From the NCBI GenBank assembly GCA_918797485.1, contig CAKKNE010000003.1, positions 496,001 to 560,000 of the forward strand: a stretch of 64,000 bases of DNA, read 5' to 3'. This stretch comes from Pelagomonas calceolata (Eukaryota). The notes under the pieces are model-generated. The model had not been told where the DNA came from and ran no database searches. It worked only from the letters and a program-made list of their open reading frames with translations. Of this stretch, positions 54,519 to 64,000 are shown piece by piece (positions within the stretch are counted from its first letter, which is position 1; every line of letters begins with the position of its first letter). The translations under genes and the position numbers were made by a program.

Positions 54519-55907
54519 TTAATCGAAAATACAGCCCGGCTCCGGCGGCTCAAATTCGGGGTATTCTCTCCCGCCCGCGTAGCACAAAACATCACCACCG
54601 CGGCTCTCCATGAGCTCCATGATGGCTTCGCACGGCGCGTCGTCTAGCTCGGCGCGCGCCTGATGCGCCTCGCCGATATACCAGGTGAGATCGTAAAGAT
54701 TCGGGCAGCCTTGCAGCAAGCGTAGCATATCAGCGGCGCGCAGGGGACTATCCGTTTCAATGGCAGAGTCTCGGATACAGAGGCCTTTCAGCGTCCTCGC
54801 GCTCCTGCCAGCACTGATTCCCTCGACGATGCTTGAGGTTAAGTCATCAAGTCCAGTAAGCGTGAGCCGCACCAAGCGCAGATGGGCACACGCAGCGGCG
54901 ACACAGGCGTCAGTCGTGTCGACGGCGCAAATTTCGAGGTTGATGATGCGACTAGTCGCCCTCGATAGGTCAACATAGAATCCAGGTCCCGCCGTCGATG
55001 ACCCCATCGGTACGCACAAATTCCTCAACTTCGGGAAACCGTGCGCCGCCGCGAGAAAAGCATCCGGCTCAATGATTGTGCCCCTAGGATATGTATTATC
55101 ATCATCAGGCTCGATAAAACCTAACGAGTGGATACGATCGCCGAGGGGCGTGCCGACGATGGCCCGGATGACGTCGGCGGTGATGTGGCACCCCTCTAGC
55201 TCTAGATCGATTGCTTTCGAGTTGAGCGCGCACTCGCGTATGGCCTCGACGTGTGTCGGCGTATAACTGATCCACTCGCCTCCGTGAAGTTCGAAATCTC
55301 TGAGCTGAGGAAAGAGGCGGGCGTAACTTTCGACTGGGCTCAAGTCACCCGAATCCCTCCCCAAGCGCGAGAAGCTGACATTTTGTAGATGGGGACAAGC
55401 TATACTGATGGCTCGGATGGTCTCATCTGACGTCTCCATGTATCTTGGGCCGCGGAGGATTTCTAGCGTTGGCGACTCGCGGCACATCCGCACGAGCACT
55501 TCCTCCGACACCGCTGCGTCGTACAGGACGAGCACACTCAAACGGCTCGCTCTGGACACGAACACTTCGAGCGCTGCGATTCTCTCCGGTGAGCGACCGC
55601 AGGTATAAAGGGCCGTGCAGGCGAGGCCGAAAACGCGGCCCATGGCCTCCACGACTTGAGCCGACGCTCGCATCTCCAGCGGCTCTGGGGGATACAAACC
55701 ATCAGGTGTCGGCGGTGGCTTAAAATTCACGGGCATGTGCAAAGCGGTATTGTTAAATGCGAGTTGCACCAGGTCGCGTCCGCTCTTGCAGGTTTCGCGC
55801 ACGACAAGCAACTGCTCCGGTTCTAGTGAGACTATCGGCCCCCCAATCAAGTAGGGGGCCAGCTTGACGGTGAGCACGTCGTCCGGAACCGACTGGAAGG
55901 CACCCAT
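54519..55907 (-). CDS. F-box/LRR (RNI-like) protein
   Basis: VPDDVL..L N-terminus; repeated CPxLxxL-type units. Confidence 0.7.
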   Translation of the reverse strand: MGAFQSVPDDVLTVKLAPYLIGGPIVSLEPEQLLVVRETCKSGRDLVQLAFNNTALHMPVNFKPPPTPDGLYPPEPLEMRASAQVVEAMGRVFGLACTALYTCGRSPERIAALEVFVSRASRLSVLVLYDAAVSEEVLVRMCRESPTLEILRGPRYMETSDETIRAISIACPHLQNVSFSRLGRDSGDLSPVESYARLFPQLRDFELHGGEWISYTPTHVEAIRECALNSKAIDLELEGCHITADVIRAIVGTPLGDRIHSLGFIEPDDDNTYPRGTIIEPDAFLAAAHGFPKLRNLCVPMGSSTAGPGFYVDLSRATSRIINLEICAVDTTDACVAAACAHLRLVRLTLTGLDDLTSSIVEGISAGRSARTLKGLCIRDSAIETDSPLRAADMLRLLQGCPNLYDLTWYIGEAHQARAELDDAPCEAIMELMESRGGDVLCYAGGREYPEFEPPEPGCIFD

Positions 55908-56205
55908 TCTTGCAGCTCATGCACCACTGCGACGTGAGTGGGTTCGGGCAGCCCACCGCGGGTCAACTTTTTTTGTGCTTAAGCTTAAGTTTTGCCTGGG
56001 GCTCAGGCTCAGGCTAGTTACGTCGCAGGGTCCCCCGTACCCCCCCCGCTCCCCCCGGGCCCACCCGTCCGGCTAGGACGCAGGGGCAAACTAGTGTGTA
56101 GGCTACGCTAGCACCGTGTTTTAGCTTGGGCAAGAGATTGAGCGCCAGCGCTGCCCTCAATATCTCAAAAGCTCCAAAAAGACAGCCCCCGAACGAACCA
56201 ATCCA

Positions 56206-57228
56206 ATGGGCAACTCTGCATATGTACCACCGGTGAAGGAATCCATCATCTATCCCACATTTGAGGCCGAGCAGGGCAGCCTTGCCGGCAAGGCATACGC
56301 GGTGACCGGCTGCACCACTGGGACCGGTTTAGTTGTTGCCAAGCTCTTCGCGAAGAAAGGCGCTGCGCGTGTCTTCCTGCTCAATCGGCCGTCGCCGCGC
56401 GCCGAGGCGGCTCTCGCTGCGGTGCAGGCTGTTGCTGCCGAGGAATGCATCGTGACGCACGTCGATTGCGATTTGGCTGACTTCGACTCGGTGCGACAAG
56501 CTGCAGCACAGGTGGCAGCCGAAACGAAGGAGTCGGGCCTGGACGTCCTCGCCAATAACGCAGGCGTCATGGCATTGGCGGATAGGGCAACGAAGGATGG
56601 CTACGACATACAGATGCAGACGAATCACCTGTCGCACTTCCTGCTCACGAGGGAGTTGCATCCGGCATTGCAAAAGGCCGTCGAGCTCCGAGGAGAAGCT
56701 CGCATCGTGAATCATTCGTCCTTTGCGCGCAACGGGCCGCCGGGCACAAAACTCACGGCTGAGAATTGTAAGTTATACCTGGGGAAGAATGGCGGTGATC
56801 TCGGCGGCGATGGAGCCTCCATGATCTGCGGTGGTGCGCGATGGGTACGATACGCGTACACCAAGCTTGCCAACGTCTGCTTTACTCTTGCGTTACACGA
56901 CAAGCTCGGCGACTCCGGCGTGAAAGCCTTGTGCGCGGCTCCCGGCCTCGTGGCGACAGAGCTCCAGGCGACGACCGCCCGTGACGGGGGCATGGGGAGC
57001 GGCACGTGGTTCATGAGGTGGTCGCAGAGCCCGGAAGACGGCGCGGTGCCGCTCCTCCACTGTTGTTTGTCAAGCGCTGTTTCGAGCGGAGAGCTCTGGG
57101 AGCCGAAAGGCGTCACGGGCCCGCCCGTCCTGAAGGACCCGCTCGAGAAAGTGTGCCTCGAGGCGGACCGCGACGCGCTGTGGGCGGCGTCGGAGGCAGC
57201 GGTCGGGGAGTGGGACTTGGACTTGTAG
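56206..57228 (+). CDS. Short-chain dehydrogenase/reductase
   Basis: TGCTTGTG, NNAGVM, TNHLSHFLL, YAYTK. Confidence 0.9.
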   Translation: MGNSAYVPPVKESIIYPTFEAEQGSLAGKAYAVTGCTTGTGLVVAKLFAKKGAARVFLLNRPSPRAEAALAAVQAVAAEECIVTHVDCDLADFDSVRQAAAQVAAETKESGLDVLANNAGVMALADRATKDGYDIQMQTNHLSHFLLTRELHPALQKAVELRGEARIVNHSSFARNGPPGTKLTAENCKLYLGKNGGDLGGDGASMICGGARWVRYAYTKLANVCFTLALHDKLGDSGVKALCAAPGLVATELQATTARDGGMGSGTWFMRWSQSPEDGAVPLLHCCLSSAVSSGELWEPKGVTGPPVLKDPLEKVCLEADRDALWAASEAAVGEWDLDL

Positions 57229-57424
57229 GAGCCGCGTATCCCGATTGAAAAGTGATGTGCATAGTGAGTAATATGATTCGTCCGAGATATTCATTGCGGC
57301 AAGTGTGGTTCGTCCGATGATGCCTTGCGTGGCGCGTCGACGCCGTGCGTCGAAGACTTCGTTGACGGCATGATCGGGAGCCGCCGGGATAGGTTTACTT
57401 ACAGTTAGGCCTTAGGCGGTGGGT

Positions 57425-58360
57425 CTAGCGGTGGGCAAACACAGTAGTCGCCAAATGATGTAATAAACCACTGGCAGTGTGGCCTTGCTGGACTTTGCTC
57501 TCAACGTCAGCAACGAACGCGTCTGCTTTCTGCCGGTCTTGCCAATTCCTCGACAAGGCTCGCGCTATGTCGTTCAACCTGTGAACTTCACCGAGGTGCC
57601 AGCTCCGGACCTCAGGGCTGAGCCAAATTATGAAACTCATCATATCGCTCGGTTCCGCCCAGGATTCCAGTCCCGAGCCCACAAGCGACTCGGGATTCAA
57701 GAGCTCGTCGAGGTTCATCATGAGGTTCTCATTCCCTGCGTACCCTGGGAGCCACCTAGTAACGAGCGCGGATTCTCCCAGTCGTTCCGTCCATAAACTC
57801 AAGAATTTAATGGGCATCACTGTCTCAAAGCGCCCTGGTCCCTTTTTTACGAGGTAGCGTTCGACGCGTTCGAGGGCCATCGTGAGACGTCCGAGACCGT
57901 CTATAGACGGCTCGACGAGTGCCAGGAAACGCGCCACGCTTGGCCTGAACACCGCGCCCACGCCACCACGGTCCCACGCACCACGGTCCCAAATCCAGAA
58001 AGTGGCCGAAGCGATCCCGTTAGGGCCCTCCGCGTGACTCTCCCTTTTATTGTTCCACAGCACGACGAGCTCCAACAACACCTGTCCGGGGTCTAACGCC
58101 CACGCCTCCCGGAACTGCGCGGTCTCCGCGGCGGATGACGGCCGTTCCAGCGCATTCGTGACTATGGCGTTCTCGAGGACGTACTTAATTGGCCGCCAGC
58201 GCCCGCGCGTCAGGCTTCGGCGCGCCGCCGATCGCAACACTTTTGAGACTTGTTTTACATTGGTGTGAACCTCCTCGAATGGCAAGAACTCGAGGCACCG
58301 CTCGACCAACTCCGGCGGCAGGATGCCCGTAATACAAGTTTTTGATTGAATGCGTAGCAT
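57425..58360 (-). CDS. F-box-like protein
   Basis: LPPELVERCLEFLP....VKQVSK.LR. Confidence 0.7.
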   Translation of the reverse strand: MLRIQSKTCITGILPPELVERCLEFLPFEEVHTNVKQVSKVLRSAARRSLTRGRWRPIKYVLENAIVTNALERPSSAAETAQFREAWALDPGQVLLELVVLWNNKRESHAEGPNGIASATFWIWDRGAWDRGGVGAVFRPSVARFLALVEPSIDGLGRLTMALERVERYLVKKGPGRFETVMPIKFLSLWTERLGESALVTRWLPGYAGNENLMMNLDELLNPESLVGSGLESWAEPSDMMSFIIWLSPEVRSWHLGEVHRLNDIARALSRNWQDRQKADAFVADVESKVQQGHTASGLLHHLATTVFAHR

Positions 58361-58395
58361 GGCGTGCTGCGACGGCGCTCGATAAGGCCAGCAAT

Positions 58396-58415
58396 CTAGC
58401 GGCGTAAGACACTAG
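58396..58415. promoter_or_regulatory. CTAG-box upstream motif
   Basis: ctagcggcgtaagacactag, in a divergent gap. Confidence 0.6.
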
Positions 58416-58671
58416 CCAGCAAGCTGCAACTTGGTTGCGGCCGCTAATCTCCGCAGTATCGCGATAGGAGGCCTTGAGCGCACTGGATAAGTCGCATCGA
58501 TTGACGATCTCATCAGCTGCACAACAAGCTTGCACGGTTGCAAGCAGAAGAGTTAAAAAAACGAGTTGTATTGCTGCACTCATATTTGCAGCAACAACCG
58601 CTCGGCGCAAGCTTAGACGCAGCCGCCGCTTCGCCAGATTGCTGGCATAGACGTAGCCTTACGAAGCATAC

Positions 58672-59028
58672 ATGATGCATCGAGTCCTACTGTCAGCAAT
58701 GATCGCCACCGCGGGCTGCGTCGACATGACGACACGACGACGTTTCGTTGGACGCGCGACAGCCGCCGCGACGGCCGCCGCGACGACGCCGGCGTTCGCC
58801 GCCAAAACCTACGTGAGCGGCAAGAACCCGGACGGGCCGCGCGAGAAGGGTGACACGAAGGGCACTAAGAAGGACGGCTCGTATCTTCAATGCCTCGCCG
58901 GCTGTGCGGCGCGCTGCGAAAAGGCGAAGAGTGGGCGCCAGCTGACACGCGGCGAGTGCCTCAACCTGTGCCGCGACGAGTGCTGCGTGACGTACGAGCA
59001 GTGCACGTACACGATCCCCGGTGTGTGA
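58672..59028 (+). CDS. Small Cys-rich protein, probably thylakoid-lumen targeted
   Basis: Signal peptide, twin-Arg RRRF plus a hydrophobic segment ending AFA; CxxxCxxxC...CxxxCxxxCC....C. Confidence 0.75.
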   Translation: MMHRVLLSAMIATAGCVDMTTRRRFVGRATAAATAAATTPAFAAKTYVSGKNPDGPREKGDTKGTKKDGSYLQCLAGCAARCEKAKSGRQLTRGECLNLCRDECCVTYEQCTYTIPGV

Positions 59029-59090
59029 GTAAGTTATCGAACGATTACACCCGTATACTTTGAAATCTTACCCGGTTCGGCGCAGCCTGC

Positions 59091-60017
59091 CTACGCCCCG
59101 AGGAGCTCTCGGAGCGCCTTCGCCTCGCGCGCCCACTGCCAGAAGGCTCGGACGAACCGCGCGCTCGCCGGATGGTTGAACGCCTCGATGAAGATGTTGA
59201 AGGGGACCAGGTCGTTGCTCTTGTCGTCCTGGAACTTGGCGCGGTGGTCCTTCTGGCCCGAGAAACCGATCTCGCCCTCCTTGAAGTAGAAGAGCTTGCG
59301 CGCGGGCTGGGAGTGCAAGCACAGGACGACGGGCTGCGTCGCCGCGATCTGCAGTTTGACGACGATTTTGGCGAACATATCACATCGAGAGCCGGGCTTG
59401 GGGGTGGACCAGGGCTTGGAGTTCGTGAGGGCACAGCCTTGGAACGCGTCGGCCTCGACAAAGCAAAATGAATACGGGCACTCCTTGACAGCGATGTCCG
59501 GGTCCGTGACGTTGTAGGTATCGACCGCAGATAAGAGGAACTTCATGGTATAGATCTTCTCGCCGAGCTTGAGATCAAAATTGCCGTGCTTGTCCCAGCC
59601 CTTGTTGAAGCCCGACGACAGCACGATCATGACCGTGCCCTTCTTCTCGACGTGCGACGGGGGTTTGTAGATGTAGTTGGTTTCCGGGATAATAGAGAAC
59701 CCGTGGCGGAACTCCTCCGGCAGCTTGATGGCTTTGCACGCCTCGGCGTACAGCTCCTTGGTCTTCTTCTTCCACGCGCCGAGCAGATACTGGCAGTGCT
59801 GCTGCATCCTAATCGCGCCCATTTCCCTCGAAATCGCGTCCCGTTTCGGGCCCCACCAGTCTATTAAGGGCTGCCGCATCTTGGACCACAATGCGCTCTT
59901 GAAATAGTCGCGCGCCTCGTTGCTAATGCCATCTGCCTTGTACTTCTCGAGGTCCGCCAGGTGGCGGTCGAGCTCCGCCTGGTCAATTTCGAAGTCGTCG
60001 GCACCATAGTGGGGCAT
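59091..60017 (-). CDS. Hypothetical protein, tentative UDG-like fold
   Basis: 308-aa ATG ORF; QPVVLCL and a terminal NHPAS motif. Confidence 0.6.
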   Translation of the reverse strand: MPHYGADDFEIDQAELDRHLADLEKYKADGISNEARDYFKSALWSKMRQPLIDWWGPKRDAISREMGAIRMQQHCQYLLGAWKKKTKELYAEACKAIKLPEEFRHGFSIIPETNYIYKPPSHVEKKGTVMIVLSSGFNKGWDKHGNFDLKLGEKIYTMKFLLSAVDTYNVTDPDIAVKECPYSFCFVEADAFQGCALTNSKPWSTPKPGSRCDMFAKIVVKLQIAATQPVVLCLHSQPARKLFYFKEGEIGFSGQKDHRAKFQDDKSNDLVPFNIFIEAFNHPASARFVRAFWQWAREAKALRELLGA

Positions 60018-60522
60018 TATTGCGGTAAATGATCTAATATGCTATGAACAGCAGCGTTTTTGCAAAAGAGGGGACTGCCAAAACTTGAGCGCGCGGGGTC
60101 ACAGGCGGACGCGGAGACTGTGAACTTAGGTCTCAAGCGAAGGCTAGGACGCCCTACTATGCCTCGTGGGGCAGCCAGAGACGGTGATGCATCCGCCGCC
60201 TGGCCGGCCGGGCATGCTACACACACCAATAACTTAAAGTCCCCACGACGGCGGCGGCGCCCGTCCTCGGTGGTCGCAGAGTGACGCCTCGCGCGACCGA
60301 ACGCCGACTCGAGCGTATGGCTCGGCGGCGCGGCGTCCTGGGCGCGGAGCGGTGTCGGCCGGCGGCCGGCCAGACGAGGTGCCGACGCGCTCCGCGTTCG
60401 ATGTCGCGCACCGACGCGCATGATCCACGTGCAACTCGGTCGGTGACACCGTCGCAAACGTTCGTCTCGTCTGGCGGTCGAGGCGTCGATACTGCCAACC
60501 GCTGATTCATTACCGAAGCCTC

Positions 60523-60891
60523 GACGCCGCCTTCCGCAGCAATACAGCGCTCGTGCGAGAGCTAACTGGTCGCAGAAGCCTCCGCCCCACGCCGCGGGGC
60601 TGGCCGCACCGGCTGTTCGCTGGCGTCCGACGGCGTCGCGGCACGGCCCTGCCGCGGGGCGCCCGACGCCGCCTTCCGCGGCGAAACGGCGCTCGTGCGA
60701 GAGCTCGCCGGCGCGGAAGCCTCCGCCCCACGCCGCGGGGCCGGCCGCCCCGGCTGTTCGCGGGCGTCCGACGGCGTCGCGGCACGGCCCTGCCGCGGGG
60801 CGCCCGGCGCCGCGTCTCGCGGCGAAACGGCGCTCGTGCGAGAGCTCGCCGGCGCGGAAGCCTCCGCCCCAACGCCGCGGGGCCGGCCGCG
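60523..60891. repeat. GC-rich tandem repeat, ~141-bp unit, ~2.6 copies
   Basis: Units start at 60523, 60665 and 60806. Confidence 0.9.
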
Positions 60892-61609
60892 ACGGCTAGT
60901 CATCTAGTGTTTCAGCGCTGGAATGGCGGGCGCCTCGTACTACCGCGCGTCCAAGCGTCCCAGCGTCAGGTCGTGTGCTGCTGTTGCAAGCGGATCTCTG
61001 GTTGAGGATTCGTCGACGACGCCTCCAACAAGCGCTCGGAGCCCGAAGACCGGATTCCCAACGCCCCACAACCAAGCTGTCCGCGTGTCGCTGACAGCGG
61101 CCCGACTGACCGCACTTACCGAGCGGACGCCAGGCCCCGCTCGCACGGTTAGGTGGTGGTCGTCGCTTCGCTGGACGCCGACGAGTCCGTGGGTGCGACC
61201 GAGCGGCCATAAAGCGCCACCGCACGCCACGTGCTGCTACCGCTGGCCTATCGACAGTAGACGCGCGACCCGCGAGTCATAACGTATCGCGTCCAGGGCC
61301 GCGCGTTCGCGTGACGCGGACGCGCTGCCCTGAAGCAGAGCAAAACGCCATACCTCGCGCCGTAGCGATGCCGCAGGCAGTTTTTTTCGGCATGGTTGCT
61401 GAGAACATGTATGCGTCGTTCTGTTATAGCAGCAGGGAAGTAAATATGGCCTCGATTGGCAGCGCTATAGCTCGTTGTGGTAAAGCTCTCACAAAAGTGA
61501 GGGTCCCGCACGTTCGACCAAAGCGGTCCGAAGTCTATCCCTAAGCCGTTCTACCACTGCCGTCGCCCCGTTGAATGATGGACCGCAAGCGTTCGGGTTG
61601 CGCAAGCTC

Positions 61610-64000
61610 ATGCCTGCAGAGGAGGCCACTGCTAATTGCCGCGGCGCAGACGGCGTGCAGCCCGCGGTAGTACCGATGGAGCAGCCCGCGCCCACGACGG
61701 CGCAGAACACGAACGATGATGAGGAGGAGGAGATCATTATAGACACGGAGGACAAACAAGTGGTCTTCACTTTGGCTGAAGTCGGGCGCCGGGCGGACGG
61801 CGACGGCATTGACACGGAGTCGCCGTGCATCGGCCCGCTGCGCGCGGTGCAATTTCTCAAGGTGGCGTCTCAGAAGGAATGCCTTCGACTCCCCCTCCCA
61901 AAAAACGACGGCGAGCAACGCGCGCTGGACGAGAAAATAGAGGAGATCAAGGCCGCGGTCTCGTCGCGCATCGAGAACGCTGCTGTCCCCTTCTTCGGTA
62001 ATTTAGCCAAGCGCGGCGTCGCGCCGTCGGCGCGCGACGCCGCCGTTTCTGTATCATTATGTCGCAAGACCGAGAGCCTCTTCCGCAAGCGCGCGGACGA
62101 CCTCGACACCTCGGACGTGCGCCGCGCGGGATTCGATCTCCAGCGGCTGGCGCGCGGCTTCGGTGAGAGAAAAAAAACTGGTTTTTCGACTTTTTCGCGC
62201 GAGTGGCAGAGACGTTTCAAAGAGCGAGACGCTGACGCCCACAAGGAATGGTTAGAACAAAGAACACGAGATCTTTCCAAATGGGCACGAAAAGGTAATA
62301 TTTCCCAATTCCACGGCGGCGAAGAGGGTTATGCACTGGAGCTGGAAGCGCGCGTGTCCAAATGTGAGGAGATTGTGGACTCCGGCACTTTACCGGGTGA
62401 AGCTACTGGTTTGAGGACCGTCCTCGTGGGAGGCTATTCTCTGGGGATCTGGTGCCGAAATGTTGCTAGGAATTACGCCTGTACTGTCAACTACATGATT
62501 CTTGATCACAAACCGCTCGTAAAACGACTGGCCGCCCTGGCTGATAGAAACTACGATGCACTGGTAGGAGGCGTCCCTCGGGGATTTCAAATTGCCAGCC
62601 AAATCCATCGCGCGGCTTTAACTTGCAAAAAGGGGCTTGATGATGATTGGTCTCCCGTTAGCGACGACGAGCTCATGAAGAACTTGAACTTTGGAAGATA
62701 TACGATAGACGAGGAAGCTCACAAGCTGCTACATCTCAGGAATGTAGCGATAAAGAACGGTTTACCTGTGCACGAATCGGAGAAGGTGAAGGATTGGGAT
62801 GTGATTAGTTACAAACCGCCATCTCTCGCAAGTGCAAATGCTAGACCTCTATATATTGATCCTTCCCGGCAGAAACAGTATAATCAAATGTCCCTGATTT
62901 TCACAGACCCGGAGGGAACCTTGAAACCACCTACGAAAGATGAACTCACGACGAGGCTAGCTGGAAAGCACCCTGATTCCCTAGTGTCGGACGAGCAGTT
63001 CAAAGAGGAATTCGTGGCGGAGTTGCGTTCCTTAGGTGCTTCGGATGAAGACGTCGAGCTTGTGTCGCGGGAATGGGGTGTCGAACGTGGGTCCTCTGGA
63101 CACAAAAAGGGCTTTTTGGATGAAGACGGCAACGCCATTTCTAAGAAGGGGGCTAGAGTTAGATTTGGAGTAGCAACGCCCGCGCCCGCCGAGGCGTTGG
63201 ACGAAAACTGGGCGAGGGACGCGGAGTCATGTTTAGAGACGATCAACAAGCAAAAAGAGCGGAAGCAAAACTCCAAATTGAACCTGGAGGACGTGCGGGA
63301 GACGCTGACGAAGTACGGGTTCACTGGGCCGAAGGCGCCATGGCCCGTTCAAGCTTACATCAAAACCCCCAAGCACTGGCCGAAGAATCCGAAGAAAAGC
63401 ATGCAGTCTGTGTTGGCGGTCAAGCGGTACCTTGAGGGCATCCTCGAAGATGTTGATGCTAAGGCTGGTGGTGTTGGTGTTGGTGTTGGTGTTGATGAAG
63501 AAGGTGTTGAAGATGATGATGCTCTGGAGGGGTCTGCGACGGCGGAGCAGATCTCCGGTTCGGCCCCGGCGCCAGCGCCGAGCGACTTAGATAGTGATGA
63601 CGCGAACGATTTGGACTTCCTGAATGCTGTGTATCCGTCTTCGAAGGCGGAGCAGACCTTAGATTCGGCCCCGGCGCCGGCGCCGAGCGACTTAGATGAT
63701 GGTCAGGAGAAGAAGGAACCGGATGCGTCGTCGAGCGACGACTGCGAAATCATCGAGCCTCCTCCGCCGGCTCCGGTTCCGTCGGCTCCGGTGGATTATA
63801 TGACCATGAGCAGCGCCCAGGCCATGGCGATGACCATTGTTGGCGGCCACGGAGACGCACCGCCGTCCGCCGCTCCGGTCGCGGCTCCGGCCCCGGGCGA
63901 AGCTGCTGAGGTGCCCGCGGCGCCGTCGCCGTCGCCGGCGCCGGCGCCGGTGCCGCCCTCGCAGAACGCCGTCGAGCCCGAGTTCGATTTCGACTCGGAG
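61610..64000 (+). CDS. Long orphan ORF (at least 797 codons, 3'-partial), absent from the ORF track
   Basis: Manual translation from ATG 61610 is stop-free to the window end; acidic and Pro/Ala-rich repeats at the end. Confidence 0.7.
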   Translation, partial: MPAEEATANCRGADGVQPAVVPMEQPAPTTAQNTNDDEEEEIIIDTEDKQVVFTLAEVGRRADGDGIDTESPCIGPLRAVQFLKVASQKECLRLPLPKNDGEQRALDEKIEEIKAAVSSRIENAAVPFFGNLAKRGVAPSARDAAVSVSLCRKTESLFRKRADDLDTSDVRRAGFDLQRLARGFGERKKTGFSTFSREWQRRFKERDADAHKEWLEQRTRDLSKWARKGNISQFHGGEEGYALELEARVSKCEEIVDSGTLPGEATGLRTVLVGGYSLGIWCRNVARNYACTVNYMILDHKPLVKRLAALADRNYDALVGGVPRGFQIASQIHRAALTCKKGLDDDWSPVSDDELMKNLNFGRYTIDEEAHKLLHLRNVAIKNGLPVHESEKVKDWDVISYKPPSLASANARPLYIDPSRQKQYNQMSLIFTDPEGTLKPPTKDELTTRLAGKHPDSLVSDEQFKEEFVAELRSLGASDEDVELVSREWGVERGSSGHKKGFLDEDGNAISKKGARVRFGVATPAPAEALDENWARDAESCLETINKQKERKQNSKLNLEDVRETLTKYGFTGPKAPWPVQAYIKTPKHWPKNPKKSMQSVLAVKRYLEGILEDVDAKAGGVGVGVGVDEEGVEDDDALEGSATAEQISGSAPAPAPSDLDSDDANDLDFLNAVYPSSKAEQTLDSAPAPAPSDLDDGQEKKEPDASSSDDCEIIEPPPPAPVPSAPVDYMTMSSAQAMAMTIVGGHGDAPPSAAPVAAPAPGEAAEVPAAPSPSPAPAPVPPSQNAVEPEFDFDSE

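Noticed and set aside
11412..58415. CTAG-box read as CRISPR repeats or Helitron ends
   Set aside because: Copies are kilobases apart, there are no cas genes, and I saw no shared flanking sequence
1..64000. Numerous long Arg/Ala/Pro-rich overlapping ORFs (e.g. 2742-4010, 7388-8842, 15144-16070)
   Set aside because: Shadow frames of GC-rich genes, with no recognisable motifs

Overview
Gene-dense, GC-rich eukaryotic nuclear DNA, inferred to be from a pelagophyte alga (Pelagomonas/Aureococcus-like) because of stramenopile plastid-targeting leaders, THF1 and introner-type introns. It holds about 40 compact genes and many spurious antisense ORFs. Three non-coding systems stand out. (1) At least 14 introns, many of which are MITE-like introner elements with 15-bp TIRs (CTGTGTGGAAATCAA...TTGATTTCCACACAG) and 8-bp TSDs that supply the donor site. 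(2) A 20-22 bp CTAGTGTCTTAC-N-CGCTAG motif found 12 times (plus degenerate copies) upstream of genes, mostly in divergent promoters. (3) A TGTTA...TAACA solo-LTR-like element placed just downstream of stop codons. The window also has a run of signal-peptide 2OG-Fe(II) dioxygenase and methyltransferase genes, several frameshifted genes, and an atypical right end with a UDG-like ORF, a ~141-bp tandem repeat and an orphan ORF of at least 797 codons. Product calls come from motif recognition only, and splicing was inferred from reading-frame joins.
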